A DNA stretch of 64,000 nucleotides from the human T2T-CHM13v2.0 reference genome, Homo sapiens. Positions within the stretch are counted from its first letter, which is position 1. Each line of letters opens with the position of its first letter. Under the pieces are notes generated by a model, which was not told where the DNA came from, did no database searches, and saw nothing but the letters and a program-made list of their open reading frames with translations. The stretch is taken from assembly GCF_009914755.1 (NCBI RefSeq), contig NC_060933.1. The stretch is one strand, 5' to 3'. The position numbers and the translations under genes were made by a program. This document shows positions 23,801-38,800 of the stretch, in pieces.

Positions 23801-26800
23801 TGATTCCATTCGAGTCCATTCGATGATGATTCCATTTGAGTCCATTCAATGATTCCATTCGGTTCCATTTGATGATGATTCCATTGGATTCCATTCAATG
23901 ATTCGATTCGATTCCATTCGTTGTTGATTCCATTTGTATCCATTCTATGATGATTCCATTTGATTCCCTTCGTTGATGATTCCATTAGATTCCATTCTAT
24001 GATGATTCCATTCGACTCCATTCGCTGATGATTCCATTCGATTTCATTCAATGGTTCCATTTGATTCCTTTTGATGATGATTCCATTCCATTCCATTTGA
24101 TGATTCCATTTGAATCCATTCGATGATGATTCCATTTGGTTCAATTCGATCATGAGCCATTCGTTTTAATTCCATGATGATTTGATTTGATTCAATTCGA
24201 TGATGCTTACATTCGATTCCATTCGATGATGCTTCCAATCGATTCCATTGGACGATGATTCCATTCGAGTCCATTTGATGATGATTCCATTCGAGTCCAT
24301 TTGATGATGATTTAATTCGATTTCATTCGATGCTTCTATTCGATTCCATTCGATGATGATTCCATATGATTTCATTCGATGATTCCATTCGATTCCATTC
24401 AGTGATGATTCCATTTGATTCCATTTGATGATGATTTCATTTGATTCCATTTGATGATGATTTCATTTGGCTCCATTTGATGATTCCTTTCGAGTCCATT
24501 TGATGATTCCATTGGACTCCCTTTGATGATGATTCCATTCAATGATTCCATTCGATTCTATTCGATGATGATTCCATTCGATTTTGTTCAATGCTGATTT
24601 CTTTCAATTCAATTCGATGATTCCATTTGATTCCATTTGAAGTTTCCATTCGATTACATTTGATGATGATTCCATTCGATTCCATTTGATGATTCAATTC
24701 GATTCTATTCGATGATGACTGCATTCAATTCCATTCGATGATTCCATTTCATTCCATTTGATGATGATTCCGATCATTTCCATTCAATGATTCCATTCAA
24801 TTCCATTCGATGATTCCATTTTATTCCATTCAATAATGATTCCATTCGAGTCCTTTCGATGATTCCATTCGAGGACATTCTATAATTCCATTTGAGTCCA
24901 ATCGATGATTCCATTCAAGTCCATTCGATGATTCCATCTGAGTCCATTCGATGAAGATTCCATTCGCGTCCATTCAAAGATTCCTTTAGAGTCCATTCGA
25001 TGATTCCTTTTGATTTCATTTGATAATGTTTCCATTCGAGACCATTCGATGATTCCATTCAATTAATTCGATGATGATTCCATTCAACTCCATTCAATGA
25101 TTCCATTAGATTCCATTTGATGATGATTCCATTCGATTCAATTTCATGATGATTCCATGTGATTCCATTCGACGATGACTCCTTTCGTTTCCATTCGATG
25201 ATGATTCCTTTGGATTCCATTTGATGATGATTCCATTCAACTCCATTTGATGTTGATTCTTTTCGATTCCATTCTATGATGATTCAATTTGATTCCTTTT
25301 GATGATGATTCCATTCGAGTCCATTCGATGATTCCACTCAATTCCATTCGATGATGATTCCATTCGATTCCATTCGATGATTCCATTCGATTCTTTTGAT
25401 GATTATTCCATTTGAGTCCATTCCGTGATTGATTTTGATGCCAATTGAAGATGATTCCGTTCGACTCCATTCGATGATACCATTCGATACCAATCATTGA
25501 CGATTCCATTCGAGTGCATTCAATCATACTATTCGATTCCATTCGATGATGATTCCACTCAATTCCATTCGATAGTGATTCCATTTGGGTCAATTTGATC
25601 ATTCCATTCGATTGCATTCGATGATGATTCCATTCGAGTACATTCAGTGATTCCATTCAAGTTCATTTGATGATTCCTTTTGATTCCATCCGATGATGAT
25701 TCCATTCGGGTCCATTCGAAGATTCCATTCGATTCCACTCGATGAAAATTCCATTCGAGTCCATTCAATGATTCCTTTCGATTCCATTCGATGATGATTC
25801 CCTTCGAGTCCATTCAATGATTGCCTTCGAGTCCATTCGATGATTCTATTTGATTCCATGCGATCATAATTCCATCGAGTCCATTTGATGATTCCATTTG
25901 ATTCCAATTGATGATGACTGCCTTCGGTTCCATTCGATGATGATTCTGACGGACTCCATTTGATGACTCCTTTCGATTCCATTCATTGATGATTCCATTC
26001 AATTCCATTCGATGATGATTCCATTTTATTCCATTTAATGATGATTCCATTTGATTCCATTTGATGTTTCCATTTGATTCCATTCAATGATGATTCCATT
26101 CGAGTCCATTCGATGATGATTCCATTCTATGATGATTCCATTCGATTCCATTCGATGATGATTCATTTTGATTCCATTCAATGATGATTCCATTCGAGTC
26201 CATTTGATGTTTCCTTTCGATTCCACTCGACGTTGATTCCATTTGGGTCCATTCGATGATTCCATTCGAGTGCATTCCATGATTTCATTCGATTCCATCC
26301 TATGGTGATTCCATTCAATTCCATTCGATGATTCCATTCGAGTCCATTAAATGATTCCATTCGATTCCATTCAATGATGACTCCATTCGAGTTCTTTCAA
26401 TGGTGATTCCATTCGATTACATTCAATGAGTCTGTTGTATTCCATTCTTTGCTTTACTTCGATTCTTTTTGATGATGATTCCATTTGATTTCATTTGATA
26501 ATCCCATGCGATTCTATTCAATGATGACTCCATTCGATTCCATTTGATCAAAATTCCATTTTAATCCTTTCGACGATGATTCCATTCGATTCTATTTCAT
26601 GCCGATTCTATTTGATTCCATTCTATGATGATTCCATTCGATTCCATTCAATGATTCCATTCGATTCCATTCAATGATGATTCCATTCAAGTCCATTCGA
26701 TGATTCCATTCAAAACCATTCGATGATTCCATCTGATTCCATTCGATGATGATTCCATTCGAGATCATTCAATGATTCCATTCAAGTCCATTCGATGATG

Positions 26801-29800
26801 ATTCCATTCGAGTCCATTCAATGATTCCATTTGATTTCATTCGATGATGATTCCATTCGAATCTCTTCGATGATTCCATTCTTTTCAATTCAATGATGAT
26901 TTCATTTGAGTCCATTCAATGATGCAATTCGAGTCCATGGAATGATTCCATTGGGTTCAATTCGATGATGATTACATGGGATTCCATTCGATGATTCCAT
27001 TCTATTCCATTCATTGATGATTCCATTCGATTCATGTCAATGATGATTGCATTCGATTCCATTCATTGATGATTCCATTCGATTCCATTTGATGATGATT
27101 CGATTCGATTCCATTCGATGATGATTCCATTCGATTCCATTTGATGATGATTCCATTTGATTTCATTCGATGATTCTATTCGATTCCATTCAATGAAGAT
27201 TCAATTATATTATATTCGAGGATTCCATTAGATTCCATTTGATGATGATTCCATTTGATTCCGTTCGATGCTGATTCCATTCAATTGCATTCGATGATGA
27301 TTCCATTCGAGTGCATTCGAAGATTCCATTTGATTCCATTCGATCATGATTCCATTCGGGTCCTTTCGAAGATTATACTCGATTCCATTCGTATCCATTT
27401 GATGATTCCATTCCATTCCATTTGATGATGATTCTATTCGACTCCATTTGATGATGATTCCATTCAATTCCATTCAATGATGATTCCATTTGATTTCATT
27501 CGATGATTCCATTTGTTTCCATTCGGAGATGATTCTATTCTATTCCATTCGATGATTCCATTCGATTCCATTCGATGAGGATTCTATTTGATTCCATTTG
27601 ATGATGATTCCATTCGATTCCATTCGATAATGATTCCATTCATGTCCGTTTGATGCTTCCATTCGATTCCATTCAATGATGATTCCGTTCGAGTCCGTTA
27701 GATCATTCTATTCGATTTCATTCGATGATGATTCCATTTGAATCCATTTGATGATTCCATTCCATTCCATTCGATGATGATTCCATTCGAGTCCATTTGA
27801 TGATTCCATTCGATTCCATTCTATGATGATTCCATTCCAGTCCATTCGATAATTCAATGCAATTTCATTCAATGATGATTATGTTCAATTCTATTCGATG
27901 ATTCCATTCGATTCCATTTGATGATGATTCCATTCAAGTCCATTCGATGAGTCCATTCAATTCTATTCGATGATGATTCCATTTGATTCCATTCGGTTCC
28001 ATTCGATGAGCATTCCATTCATGTCCATTCAATGATTCCGTTTGATTTCATTTGATGATGATTCCATTTGAGTCCAATCGATGATTCTATTCGAATCCAT
28101 TTGATGATTGTTATCAATTATATTTGATGACGATTCTATTCTAGTCCATTCGATGATTCCAATTGATTCCATTCAATGAGGATTCCATTCGGGTCCATTA
28201 GGTGATTCCATTAGATTCCATTTGATGATGATTCCATTCGAGTCCATTCGATGATTCCATTTGATTCCATTCAATGATGATTCCATTGGGGTCCATTAGA
28301 TGATTCCATTCGATGATTCCATTTGATTCCATTCAATGATGATTCCATTGGGGTCCATTAGATGATTCCATTCGATTCCATTCGATGATGATTCCATTCG
28401 AGTTCATTTGATGATTCCATTCAATTCCATTCTCCAATGATTCCATTCTATTCCATTCTATGATGATTCGACTCAATTCCATACGATGGTGATTCCATTT
28501 GATTCCATTCGATGATTCCATTCTATTCCATTACATGATGAATCCATTTGGGTACAATAGATTATTCCATTCGATGATGATTCTATTCCTGTCCATTAGA
28601 TAATTCCATTCAATTCCACTCGATGATGATTCCATTCTATTCAATTCTCTGATGATTCCATTCGGATCCATTGGATGATTCCTTTGGATTCCATTCGATG
28701 ATGATTCCATTCTATTCCATTCAATGATGATTCCATTGGGGTCCATTAGATGATTCCATTAGATTCCATTCATTGATGATTCCATTCTATTCCATTTGAT
28801 GATGATTCCATTCGTGTAAATTAGATGATTCCATTCTATTCCATTTGATGATGATTCCATTCATGTAAATTAGATGATTCCATTCTATTCCATTTGATGA
28901 TGATTCCATTGTGTAAATTAGATGATTCCATTCTATTCCATTTGATAATGATTCCATTCGGGTCCATTCAATGATTCCATTCTACTCCATTCAATGATGG
29001 TTCCATTCAAGTCCATTAGATGTTTCTATTCGAGTCCATTCAATGATTGCTTTCAATTCCATTCGCTATTGATTCCATTCGATTCCATTTGATGTTGATT
29101 CCATTCGATTTCATTCACTGATCCTATTTGATTCCATTTGATGATGATTCCATTGGGGTCCATTAGATGATTCCATTCGATTCCATTCCATGATGATTCC
29201 ATTCGAGTTCATTCGATGATTCCATTCAATTCCATTCTCCAATGATTCCATTCTAATCCATTCAATGATGATTCCACTTGATTCCATATGATGGTGATTC
29301 CATTTGATTCCATTCTATATTCCATTCCATGATGAATCCATTTGGGTACAGTAGATGATTCCATTCGATGATGATTCTATTCCTGTCCATTAGATGATTC
29401 CATTCAATTCCATTCGATGATGATTCCATTCTATTCAATTCTCTGATGATTCCATTCGGATCCATTGGATGATTCCATTGGATTCCTTTCGGTGATGATT
29501 CCATTCTATTCCATTCAATGATGATTCCATTCGGGTCCATTAGATGATTCCATTAGATTCCATTCGTTGATGATTCCATTCTATTCCATTCGATGATGAT
29601 TCCAATCGTGTAAATTAGATGATTCCATTCTATTCCATTCGATGATGATTCCATTCGGGTACATTCAATGATTCCATTCATTTCCATTTGATGATGATTC
29701 CATTAGATTTCATTTGATGATTCCATTGGATTCCATTCGTTGATGATTCCATTCGATTCCATTCGATGATGATTCCATTCGATTCCCTTCATTGATGATT

Positions 29801-32800
29801 CCATTGGATTCCATTCGATGATGATTTAATTCGACTCCATTTATGATGATTCCATTTGATTTCATTCAATGATTTCATTCGATTCCATTCGAAGATGATT
29901 CCATCTGGTTTAATTTGATGATTCCATTCGATTCCATTCAGTGATGATTCCATTCGGTTCCATTTGAGGATGATTTCATTTGATTCCATTGGATGATGAT
30001 TCCATTCGACTCCCTTCAATGATTCCATTAGAGTCCATTCGATGATTCCATTTGAGTCCATTTGATGATTCCATTGGACTCCATTTGATGATAATTCCAT
30101 TCAATGATTCCATTTGATTCTATTCAATGATGATTTCATTCTATTTTGTTCGATGCTGATTCCTTTCAATTCCATTCGATGATTCCATTTGATTTCATTT
30201 GAAGATTCCATTCAAATACATTCGACGATGATTCCATTCGATTCCATTCGATGATTACACTCGATTCCACTTGATGATGACTCCATTCAATTCCACTCAA
30301 TGATTCCATTTGATTCTATTCGGTGATAATTCCATTCAATTCCATTCGATGATGATTGCGTTCAATTACATTCAAAGATTCCATTCAATTCCATTTGATG
30401 ATGATTCCATTCGATTCCATTTGATGATTCCATTTGATTACATTCGAGAATTCCACTCAATTCCATTCGATGATCATTCCATTCCGTTCCATTCAATGAT
30501 TCCATTCCAGTCCATTTGATGATTCCATTCGATTCCATTCGATGATGTTTCCATTCGATTCCATTCGATGATTCCATTCGATTCCATTCTATGATGTTTC
30601 CATTCGATTCCATTTGATGATTCCATTCGATTCCATTCAATTATTCCATTTGAGTCCATTCGATGATCCCATTCGATGCCGTTTGATGATAATTCCTTTT
30701 GAGTCCATTCGATGATGATTCCATTCAATTCCATTGAATTATTCCGTTTGATTCCATTTGATGATTCCCTTAGATTCCTTTCAATGATGATTTCATTTGA
30801 TTCCATTTGATGATGATTCCATTCGGTTCCATTAGATGATGATTCCGTTATGTTCCATTCAATGATGATTCCATTCGATTCCATTCAATGATGATTCCTT
30901 TCAATTCCATTCAATGATGATTCCATTCGATTCCATTCGATGATTCCACTCGATTCCATTCGATGGTGATTCCATTCGTGTCCATTCGATGACTCCATTC
31001 GATTTCATTCGATGATGATTCCATTCGAGTTCTTTGAATGATTCCATTCAAGTCCATTTGATGATTCCTTTCAATTCCATTCAATGATGATTCCATTCGA
31101 GTCCATTCGACGATGAATCCATGTGATTCCATTCGATTATGACTCCTTTCATTTCCATTCAATGATGATTCCATTCGGTTCCATTCGATGATTATTCCTT
31201 TGAATTCCATTCGATGATGATTCCATTCGACTCCATTTGATGTTGATTCTTTTTGATTCCATTTGATGATGATTCCATTTGATTACATTTGATGATGATT
31301 CAATTCTATTCTATACGATGATGATTCCATTCTAGTCCATTTGATGATTCCATTCGAGTCCATTCAGTGATTCCATTCGATGATTCCATTTGATTCCTTT
31401 CGATTATTATTCCATTTGAGTCCATTCGGTGACTCCTTTTGATCCCAAATGAAGATGATTCCATTCAATTGCATTCGATGATACCATTCGATACCATTCG
31501 TTGATGATTCCATTCGAGTGCATTCGATGTTACCATTTGATTTCATTCGATTCCATTCGATGATTCCATTCAATTCCATTCTATGATGATTCCATTCGCG
31601 TCCATTTCATGGTTCCATTGGACTCCATTTGATGATGATTCCATTCCAATATTCCATTCGATTGTATTTGATGATGATTTCATTCGATTTCATTCGATGC
31701 TGATTCCATTCAATTCCATTTGATGATTCCATTTGATTACATTTGATGATGATTCTGATCAATTCCATTTGATGAATCCATTTGATTCCATTTGATGATT
31801 CCATTTGATTCCATTTGATAATGATTCCATACGAGTCCATTCAATGTTTCCATTCGAGCCCATTTGATAATTCCATTTGAGTCCAATCGATTATTCCATT
31901 TGAGTCCATTCAATCATTCCATTTGAGTCCATTTGATTATGAATCCATTCGGGTACATTCGATGATTCCATTCGAGCCCATTTGATAATTCCATTTGAGT
32001 CCAATCGATTATTCCATTTGAGTCCATTCAATCATTCCATTTGAGTCCATTTGATTATGAATCCATTCGGGTACATTCGATGATTCCATTCGAGTCCATT
32101 TGATAATTCCATTTGAGTCCATTCGATGATTGCTTTTGATTCCATTTGATTATATTCCATTCGAGTCAATTTGTTGATGCCATTCATTTCTATTTGATGA
32201 TGATTCCATTCGAGTCCATTCAGTGATTCCATTCCATTCTATTTGATGATGATTCCATTCGATTCCATTCGATGATGATTATATTCATGCCCATTACATG
32301 ATTTCACACGATTCCATTTGATGATGATTCCATTCGATTCCATTCGATGATGATTCCATTCAATTCCATTCATTGGTGATTCCATTCAATTCCATTCATT
32401 GATTCCATTCCATTCCATTCGACAATGATTCCATTCAATTCCATTCGATAATCCACTCAATTCCACTTGATGATGATTCTATTCGATTCCATTCGATGAT
32501 TCCATTTGATTCCATTCGATGATGATTGCCTTCGATTCCATTTAATGATTCCATTCGATTCCATTCAATGATGATTCTGTTTGATTCCATTTCATAATTC
32601 CATTTGATTCTATTTGAGGATTCCATTCGATACCATTCCAAGATGATTCCATTCGAATCCATTTGATGTTTTCATTAGAGTCAATTCAATGATTCCATTC
32701 GAGTCCATTTGATGATTCCATTAGATTCCATTTGATGTTGATTCCATTAGCGTCCATTTGATGATTCCATTCGAGACCATTCGATAATTCCATTCACGTC

Positions 32801-35800
32801 CATTTGATGATTCCATTCGATTCCATTCGATGATTCCATCCCATTCCATTTGATGATGATTCCATTCGAGTTCATTCAATCATTCCATTTGATTCCATTC
32901 GATGATTCCATTTGAGTCCATTTGATTATTCCATTCAAGTCCATTCAATTATTCCATTCGAGTCCATTCGATGATTCCATTCAATTCCATTCGATGATAA
33001 TTGCATTCGAGTCCATTCAGTGATGATTCCATTCGATTCCATTCAATGATTCCGTTTGATTCCATTCTATGATTCCTTTCGATTCCTTTCGGTGATGATT
33101 CCATTCGATTCCATTCGATGATGACTGCATTCGTGTCCTTTAGATGATTCCATTTGACTCCATTTGATGATGATTCCATTATATTCCATTCGATGATGAT
33201 TCCATTGGAGTCCATTCGATGATTCCATTTGATTCAATTCGATGATGAATCCATTCGTGTCCATTCGATGATTCCATTCTACTCCATTCGATGATGATTC
33301 AATTCAACTCCATTCACTGATTATATTTGAGTCCATTCAATATTTATTTTCGATTCCATTCGATGATGATTCCATTCAATTCCATTCAATGATGATTCCA
33401 TTCGATACTGTTCTATGATTCCATTCAATTCCATTCAATGTTGATTCCATTCGATTCCATTCGATGGTTCTATTCGATTCCATTCGATGATGATTCAATT
33501 CGATTCCATTTGATAATTCCATTTGATTATATTTTATGATTATATTCGATCCCATTCAATGATTCCATTCACGTCCATTTGGTGATTCCTTTTGATTCTA
33601 TTCAATGATGATTCCATTCGAGTCCATTCAATGGTGATTCCATTCGATTCCATTCAATGAGTCTATACTATTCCATTCGAAGATGATTGCATTCAATTCC
33701 TTTCGATGATTCCATTTGAATCCATTCAAAGATGATACCATTTGATTCCATCTGATAATTCCATTCGATGATTCAATTCTATTCCATTAGATGATGATTA
33801 CATTTGATCCCATTCGATGATTCTATTCAATTCCATTTGATGATGATTACATTCGAGTCCATTCGATGATCCCATTCAATTCCATTCGATGATGATTCCA
33901 TTCGAGTGCATTCAATGATTCCTATCAATTCCACTCAATGATGATTCCATTCAAGTCCATCCAATTACTCTATTCAATTCCATTCTATAATGATTCTGTT
34001 CAAGTCCATTTTATGATTCCATTCGAGTCCTTTTGATGATTCCATTCGATTCCTTTTGATGATTCCATTCGAGTCCAATTGATGATTCCATTCAATTCCA
34101 TTTGATGATGATTCTGTACGATTCCATTCCATGAGGATTCCATGTGATTCCATTCGATGATGATTCATTTCGATTCCATTTGATGATGATTCATTTTGAT
34201 TCCATTCGATTATGATTCATTTCGAGTTCATTCAATGATTCCACACGTTTCCATTCGATGATGATTCCATTTGAGTCCATTCGATGATTCCATTTGAAAC
34301 CATTCAATGAGGATTCCATTTGATTCCCTTCATTGGTGATTCCATTCAATTCCATTCAATGATTCCATTTCATTCCATTCGACAATGATTCCATTAGATT
34401 CCATTCAATGATTCCACTTGATTCCATTTACGATGATTCCATTTGATTCCATTTGATGATTCCATTCAATTCTACCCGATGATGTTTCCATTTGATTCTG
34501 TTTGACAATGGTTGCCTTTGATTCCATTCAATGATTCCATTCGGTTCCATTCGATGATGATTCTGTTCGATTCCATTTGATGATTCCATTTGATTCCATT
34601 GGATGATTCCATTCGATTCCATTCGATGATTATTCCATTTGAGTGCATTCGGTGATTCCATTCGAGTCCATTCAATGATTGCATTCGTGTACATTTGATG
34701 ATTCCATTCGATGATGATTCCATTAGAGTCCATTCGATGATTCCATTCAAGTGCATTTGATAATTGCATTCGAGTCCATTCAATGATTTCATTTGATTCC
34801 TTTTGATGATTCCATTCAAGTCCGTTTGATCATTATAGTCGAGTCCATTCGATGATTCCATTTGAAGATGACCACATTCGATTCCATACAACGATGATTC
34901 CATTTGAGTCCATACGATGATTTCATTTGATTCAATTTGATGATGATTCCATTCGAGTCCATTCAATTATTCCATTCTATTCCATTTGATGATGATTCCT
35001 TTCAACTCCATTCAATGATTCTATTCAAGTCCATTCAGTAATTGCTTTGGATTCCATTCGATGACGATTACATTTGATTCCATTTGATGATGATTTGATT
35101 TGATACCTTTCTATGGTTCCATTCAATTCCATTCAATGTTGATTCAATTCGATTCCGTTTGATTATTCTATTCTTTTGCATTCCAGGATGATTATATTCA
35201 ATTACATTCAATGATTCTGGTTGAGTATATTTGATGATGATTCCATTTGATTCCATTCGATGATTCCATTTGATTCCATTCGATAGTGATTCCATTCGAC
35301 TCCATTCAATGATTCCATTCATTTCCATTCGATGATGATTCCATTCGAGTCCATTCAATGGTGATTCCATTCGATTCCATTCGATGATTCCATTTCATTC
35401 CATTGGATGATGATTGCATTTGATTCTATTCGATGATTCCCTTTGATTCCATTCAAAGTAGATTCCATTCGAGTCCATTCAATCATTCCATTCGCTTCCA
35501 TTCTCTGATGATTCCATTCGAGTCCATTCGATGATTCCATTCAATTCCAGTTGATGATGATTCCATTCGATTCCATTCCATGATTCCATTGGATTCCATT
35601 TGATGATGATTCCATTCCATTCTGTTCGATGATTCCATTCAATTCCATTAGATGATGATTCCATTCGAGTCCGTTTGATGAATCCATTCGATTCCATTCA
35701 ATGATAATTCCATTCGAGTCCATTCGATGATTCCATTTGATTCCATTCAATGATGATTCCATTCACGTCCATTTGATAATTACGTCCAATTCCATTCGAT

Positions 35801-38800
35801 GATGATTCCATTCACGTCAATTTGATAATTCCATCTGATTCCATTCGATGATGACTGCATTCAGTGCCATTCGATGATGATTCCAAAGGATTCCATTCGT
35901 TGACTCCATTCAATTCCATTCGATGATGATTCCATTCGTTTCCATGCGATGATGATTTCATTTGATTCCATTCCATGATGATTCCATTCGATTCCATTCA
36001 ATGATGATTCCATTTGATTCCATTCGACGATGATTCCATTTGATGATTCCATTTGATTCCGTTCAATGAATATTCCATTAGTGTCCATTCAATGATTCCA
36101 TTCAAGTCCATTCAATGATTCCTTTCAATTCAACTTGATGATGATTCCATTCGAGTCCATTCGATGATTCAATTCGAGTGCATTCCATTATTCCATTCTA
36201 TTCCATTCAATGATGATTCCATTCGAGTCCATTTGATGATTCCATTCGAGTCAATTTGATGATACCATTTGGTTCCATTTGATGATGATTCCATTGGATT
36301 CCATTCGTTGTTGATTCCATTCCATTCCATTCGATGATGATTCCATTCAATTGCATTCAATGATGATTCCATTCGATTTCATTCAATGATTCTATTCGAT
36401 TCCATTCAATGATGATTCAATTCTATTGCATTCGAAGATTCCATTCGATTCCATTCGATGATGATTCCATTCGATTCCATTCGATGATGATTCCATTCAA
36501 TTGCATTCAATGATGATTCAATTCGAGTCCATTCGAATATTCTGTACGATTACATTCCATGATGATTCCATTAGAATCCATTTGATGATTCCATTCTACT
36601 CAATTTGATGATTCCGTTCGATGCTATTCGATGATTCTATTCTATTCCATTCGAAGATGATTCCATTCAACTCCATTCGATGATTCCATTCGATTCCTTT
36701 CAATGATGATTCCATTCGATGATATTTGATGATTCCTTTCGATTCCATTCAATGATGATTGCATTTGTGTCCATTCGATAATTCCATTTGATTCCATTCG
36801 ATGAAGATTCCATTCGAGTCCATTTGATGATTCCATTCGATGATGATTCCATTCGAATCCATTAGATGATTCCACTGGATTCCATTCGATGACTCTGTTC
36901 GATCCCATTTGATGATTCCCTTTGATTCCGTTCGATGATCTTTCCATTTGATTCAATTCGGTGATTCCATTCGATTGTATTCAGTGATGATTCCATTTTA
37001 CTCCATTCGATGATGATTCCATTCGATTCCATTCAATTATGATTTCATTCAATTCCATTCGATGATGATTCCATTCGAGTCCATTCAATGATTCCATTTG
37101 ATTCCATTTGATGATGATTCCACTCACGTCCATTCGATGATTCCTTTCGAGTCCATTCAATGATTCCATTAGATTCCATTAAATGATGATTCCATTTGAT
37201 GCTATTCAGTAATTCCATTGGATTCCATTCAACAATGATTCCATTCGTGTCCATTCGATGATTCCATTTGATTCCATTTGATGATGATTCCATTCGAGCC
37301 CATTGGGTGATTCCATTCAATTCCATTCGATGATGATTCCCTCCTAATAGATTTGATGATTCCATTTGATTCCATTCTATGATGACTGCATTCGGTTCCA
37401 TCTGATGATGATTCCAACGGATTTCATTCGATTTCTCCATTTGATTCCATTCGTTGATGATTCCATTCCTTTCCATTTGATGATGATTCCATTATATTCC
37501 ATTCGATGATGATTCAATTCGATTCCATTCAATGACGATTCCATTCAATTCCATTCAATGATGATTCCATTGGATTCCATTTGATGATTCCATTCGATTC
37601 CATTTGATGATGATTCCATTCGAGTACATTCAATGATTCCATTCAAGTCCATTCGAAGATTACTTTCAATTCCATTTGATGATTCCATTCGAGTCCATTC
37701 GATGATTCCATTCAAGTCCATTTGACGTTTCCTTTTGATTCCACTCGACATTGATTCCATTTGAGTCCATTCGATGATTCCATTCGAGTGCATTCCATGA
37801 TTTCATTTGACTCCATTCGATGATGATTCCATTCGAGTCCATTCGATGATTCCATTTGATTTCATTCGGTGATGATTCCATTCGATTCCATTCGATGATT
37901 CCATTCAAGTCCATTCAATGATTACATTCGAGTCCATTAAATGATTCCATTCATTTCCATTCGATGATGACTCCATTCGAGCCCACTCAATGATGATTCT
38001 ATTTGATTCCATTCGATGATACCGTTGGATTCCATTCTTTGTTTTATTTCGATTCTATTTGGTGATGATTCCATTCGATTTCATTTGATGACCCCATTCG
38101 ATTCTATTTGATGATGATTCCATTCAATTCCATTTGATGAAAATTCCATTCGATTCCATTCATTGATGATTCCATTCGATTTTTTTGATGCCGATTCTAT
38201 TCAATTCCATTCGATGATGATTCCTTTCGAGACCATTCGATGATTCCATTCACTTCATTCAATGATGATTCCATTCAATTCCTTTAGATGATTCCATTAG
38301 AATCCACTTGATGATGATTCCATTTGATTCCATTCGATGATGATTCCATGCGATTCCATTGGATTATGACTCCTTTCGTTTCCATTCGATGATTATTCCT
38401 TTCGAGTCCATTTGTTGTTGATTCTTTCGATTGTGTTCGATGATGATTCCATTTGATTCCATTCGATGATGATTCCATTCAATTCCATTAGATAATTCCA
38501 TTTGGTTCCATTCGATGATGATTCCATTCGATTCCATTAGATTATTCCATTCGATTCCATATGATGATGATTCCATTTGAGTCCACTCGATGATTCCATT
38601 CGATTACATTCGATGATGATTCCATTCAATTTGATTCGATGATTCCATTCGATTTCTTTTGATGATTATTCCATTCGAATCCATTCGGTGATTCCTTTCC
38701 ATTCCAGTTGAAGATGATTCCATTCCATTCCATTCAATGATACATTCCACACCATTCATTGATGATTCCATTTGAGTGCATTCGATTATACCATTCGATT

